The notes beneath the pieces were generated by a model, which saw only the letters and a program-made list of their open reading frames with translations, was not told where the DNA came from and searched no databases. A stretch of DNA of 64,000 nucleotides from Gracilinanus agilis (taxonomy: Eukaryota). The stretch is from assembly GCF_016433145.1 (NCBI RefSeq), contig NC_058131.1, positions 159,879,514-159,943,513 on the forward strand, read 5' to 3'. Positions 62,105-64,000 of the stretch are shown here, one piece after another. Each line of letters starts with the position of its first letter. Within the stretch, counting starts at the first letter, position 1. Position numbers and translations under genes: made by a program.

Positions 62105-62470
62105 TTTACATGTAAAAATAATGACAATTGCTCTCTGACATTTTGGATTCAGATTCTCTCCCTCCCTTCCTTTCTTTCCCTCCCCCTCCCCCAGGTGGTA
62201 AATAGTCTGATACAGGTTATTCCAGTGCTTTTGTGCATTACATAGTTCCATATCACTCATGCTGTGACAGAAGACATATCACATATACAATAAAAAACAT
62301 ATGAAGGAAATAAAGTGGAAGATGGCATGCTTTGGGCTGCAGTTAGACTCCACCAATTTTTTCTTTGTCTGTGGACAGCATTTTTCTTCCAGAGTCCCTT
62401 GAGGGATGTCTTGGAGATTTGCTTTGCTGATAATAGTTTAGTTCTTCACAGTTGATCATCATGCATATTT
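62105..62470 (-). mobile_element. L1 3' end fragment
   Basis: Reverse L1 tail (tttacatgtaaaaataat...ctccctcccttcc...tccatatcactcatgctg); similar ends at about 35040, 38535, 39220 and 58985. Confidence 0.7.
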
Positions 62471-64000
62471 CTAGAAAAGGCATTTTTAAGCCCCCACTAT
62501 GTGGCTATGTGTTAATGCTTTACAAGTTTCATCTCATTTGATCCCCACAATCCTGGGAGGTAAGTACTATCATTACCCTTATTTTACATTTGAGGAAACT
62601 GAGGTAAAGGTTAGATAAGATACTTGCCCAGTGTCCTACATAAGTCTCTGAGGTCAAATTTGAACTCAAGTCTTCCTGACTCCAGGCCTAGTACTTGTTT
62701 CACTTTGCCATCTAGCTGCCTCAAGGAGAGGAGAATTAATTAAAGATTATTTAAGTTTGCAACTTTGTGTGGCTGGGAGGTTGGTAGTATCATTAACAGA
62801 AATAGAGAAGTCAGGAAGAAAGGCAGGTTTTTCTTGAGGCAAGATGATGAGTTCAGTTTGGGTCACACTGACTTTGAAGCCATGACAGGACATCTTGATA
62901 TGGGAGGTATCCAGCAGGCAGATGGAAGTCCTGGATTGGCATGCAAGGGAGGAGTTGAATCTGGAGATAAAGATTTGGGAGTCATCTGCCTTGAGGTGAA
63001 AATTGAAGCCATGGGTGTTGATGAGATCATCAAGGGAACGTTTGTAGAAAGACAAAGAGGCAGATACTGAGAGAGGAAAAGACTAGAAGGGAGGGAGGGA
63101 GAGGGAGAGACCGAGAACAGGAGAAAGAAGAGAGAGGGAGGGAGAAAGTCAGATACTGAGAGAAAGAGAAGGAAGGGAGAGAGACAGAAGAGAGAGATGG
63201 GTGGGGGGATGAAGGAGGAGAGATTCAGATATGCAGAAAGAGAGGAGAGAGGGGTAGATTCCAAGAGAAAGAGACAGGCAGATAATAAGAGACAGATGAG
63301 AGAGAGGAGAGAAGAGACTAAGAGTACTGAAAAATATTCTAAAAGGAGAAAAGTGAGGAGCCTTTTCTTACCACCACCCCCCACCCCCCAGGTGTTTTTA
63401 AGCAGCTGGGAAAGGAGCTTCCTGAGAGAGAAGATTAGAAAGTGACTGATCAAAAGGCAAGTTTAGAAGTATGTATTCTTTCTAAAGAGGAAAAAAAAGA
63501 ATAGTTTGAGGACATAGCAGAGGTAAAAAAAGGGTTTTGAAGTTAAGGGGAGACCTGAATGTGTTTGTAAGTAGAAGCAGTCAGGAAAGAGGGAGAGCCC
63601 AAAGATGGGAGAGTTTACATTTGAAACAGGTCCTGAAGAAGGTAGGAGGAGATGGAGTAAAGGGCGCAGATGGCCAGAAAGGGAGCCCATGTCTTCCTCA
63701 GAGACCAGAGGAAAGGAGAAGGATATAGGCTGTGAGACAGACTTTGAGGTGTGAAGGAAGGGAGTTCAGGGAAGTTTCAGGCAGATTTCACCTCCTACTT
63801 GACTGAGAAGATTGAGGCCAACTACTGACAGTGAGTGGGGTGAGAGTGGAATTGGGGGTTTGAGGAGAAAGGAAGTTGGGAATACTTGGGGAGGGGAATA
63901 TGATTTGGAATCAGTAAAAATATGCAGAAAAATTGTCATTCATCCAGGGAGGGCTCAGTTAAGGTTTATTGGCATACATTTCTAGGACCTCATCTGGACA

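Noticed and set aside
62863-63453. 196-aa Leu/Ser/Phe-rich minus-strand ORF
   Set aside because: Translation of GA-rich low-complexity sequence plus L2 remnant
61269-64000. NUDT18 exon 2 (Nudix box)
   Set aside because: No DEVLLIQEAK or GRMEPGE-like coding sequence seen; it presumably lies beyond the window

Overview
Marsupial genomic DNA, probably a didelphid opossum (SINE1_Mdo-like, MAR1-like and marsupial L1/RTE repeats). It carries the complete hairless gene HR on the + strand: a non-coding CpG-island exon 1, then 18 coding exons from 9047 to 26361, all GT-AG and frame-consistent, giving 1178-1179 aa. The four-uORF leader is intact, including the 34-aa HRURF/U2HR micropeptide. Upstream lie a DR4 thyroid-hormone-response-type element, a DR3 element and a candidate alternative first exon that could bypass the inhibitory uORFs. 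The first coding exon of NUDT18 (+) and its CpG promoter are at about 60.3-61.3 kb. The ~33 kb spacer is nested transposon debris. It hides a decayed but collinear Ty3/Gypsy retrotransposon (zinc knuckle, protease, RT, RNase H, integrase; about 38.9-50.5 kb) split by L1s and SINEs, two hAT MITEs (one OC1-like), solo LTRs, and two cases where a nearby sequence was copied in inverted orientation into the middle of a SINE. Gene identities and repeat family names rest on recalled homology; no database search was run. Repeat boundaries are approximate.
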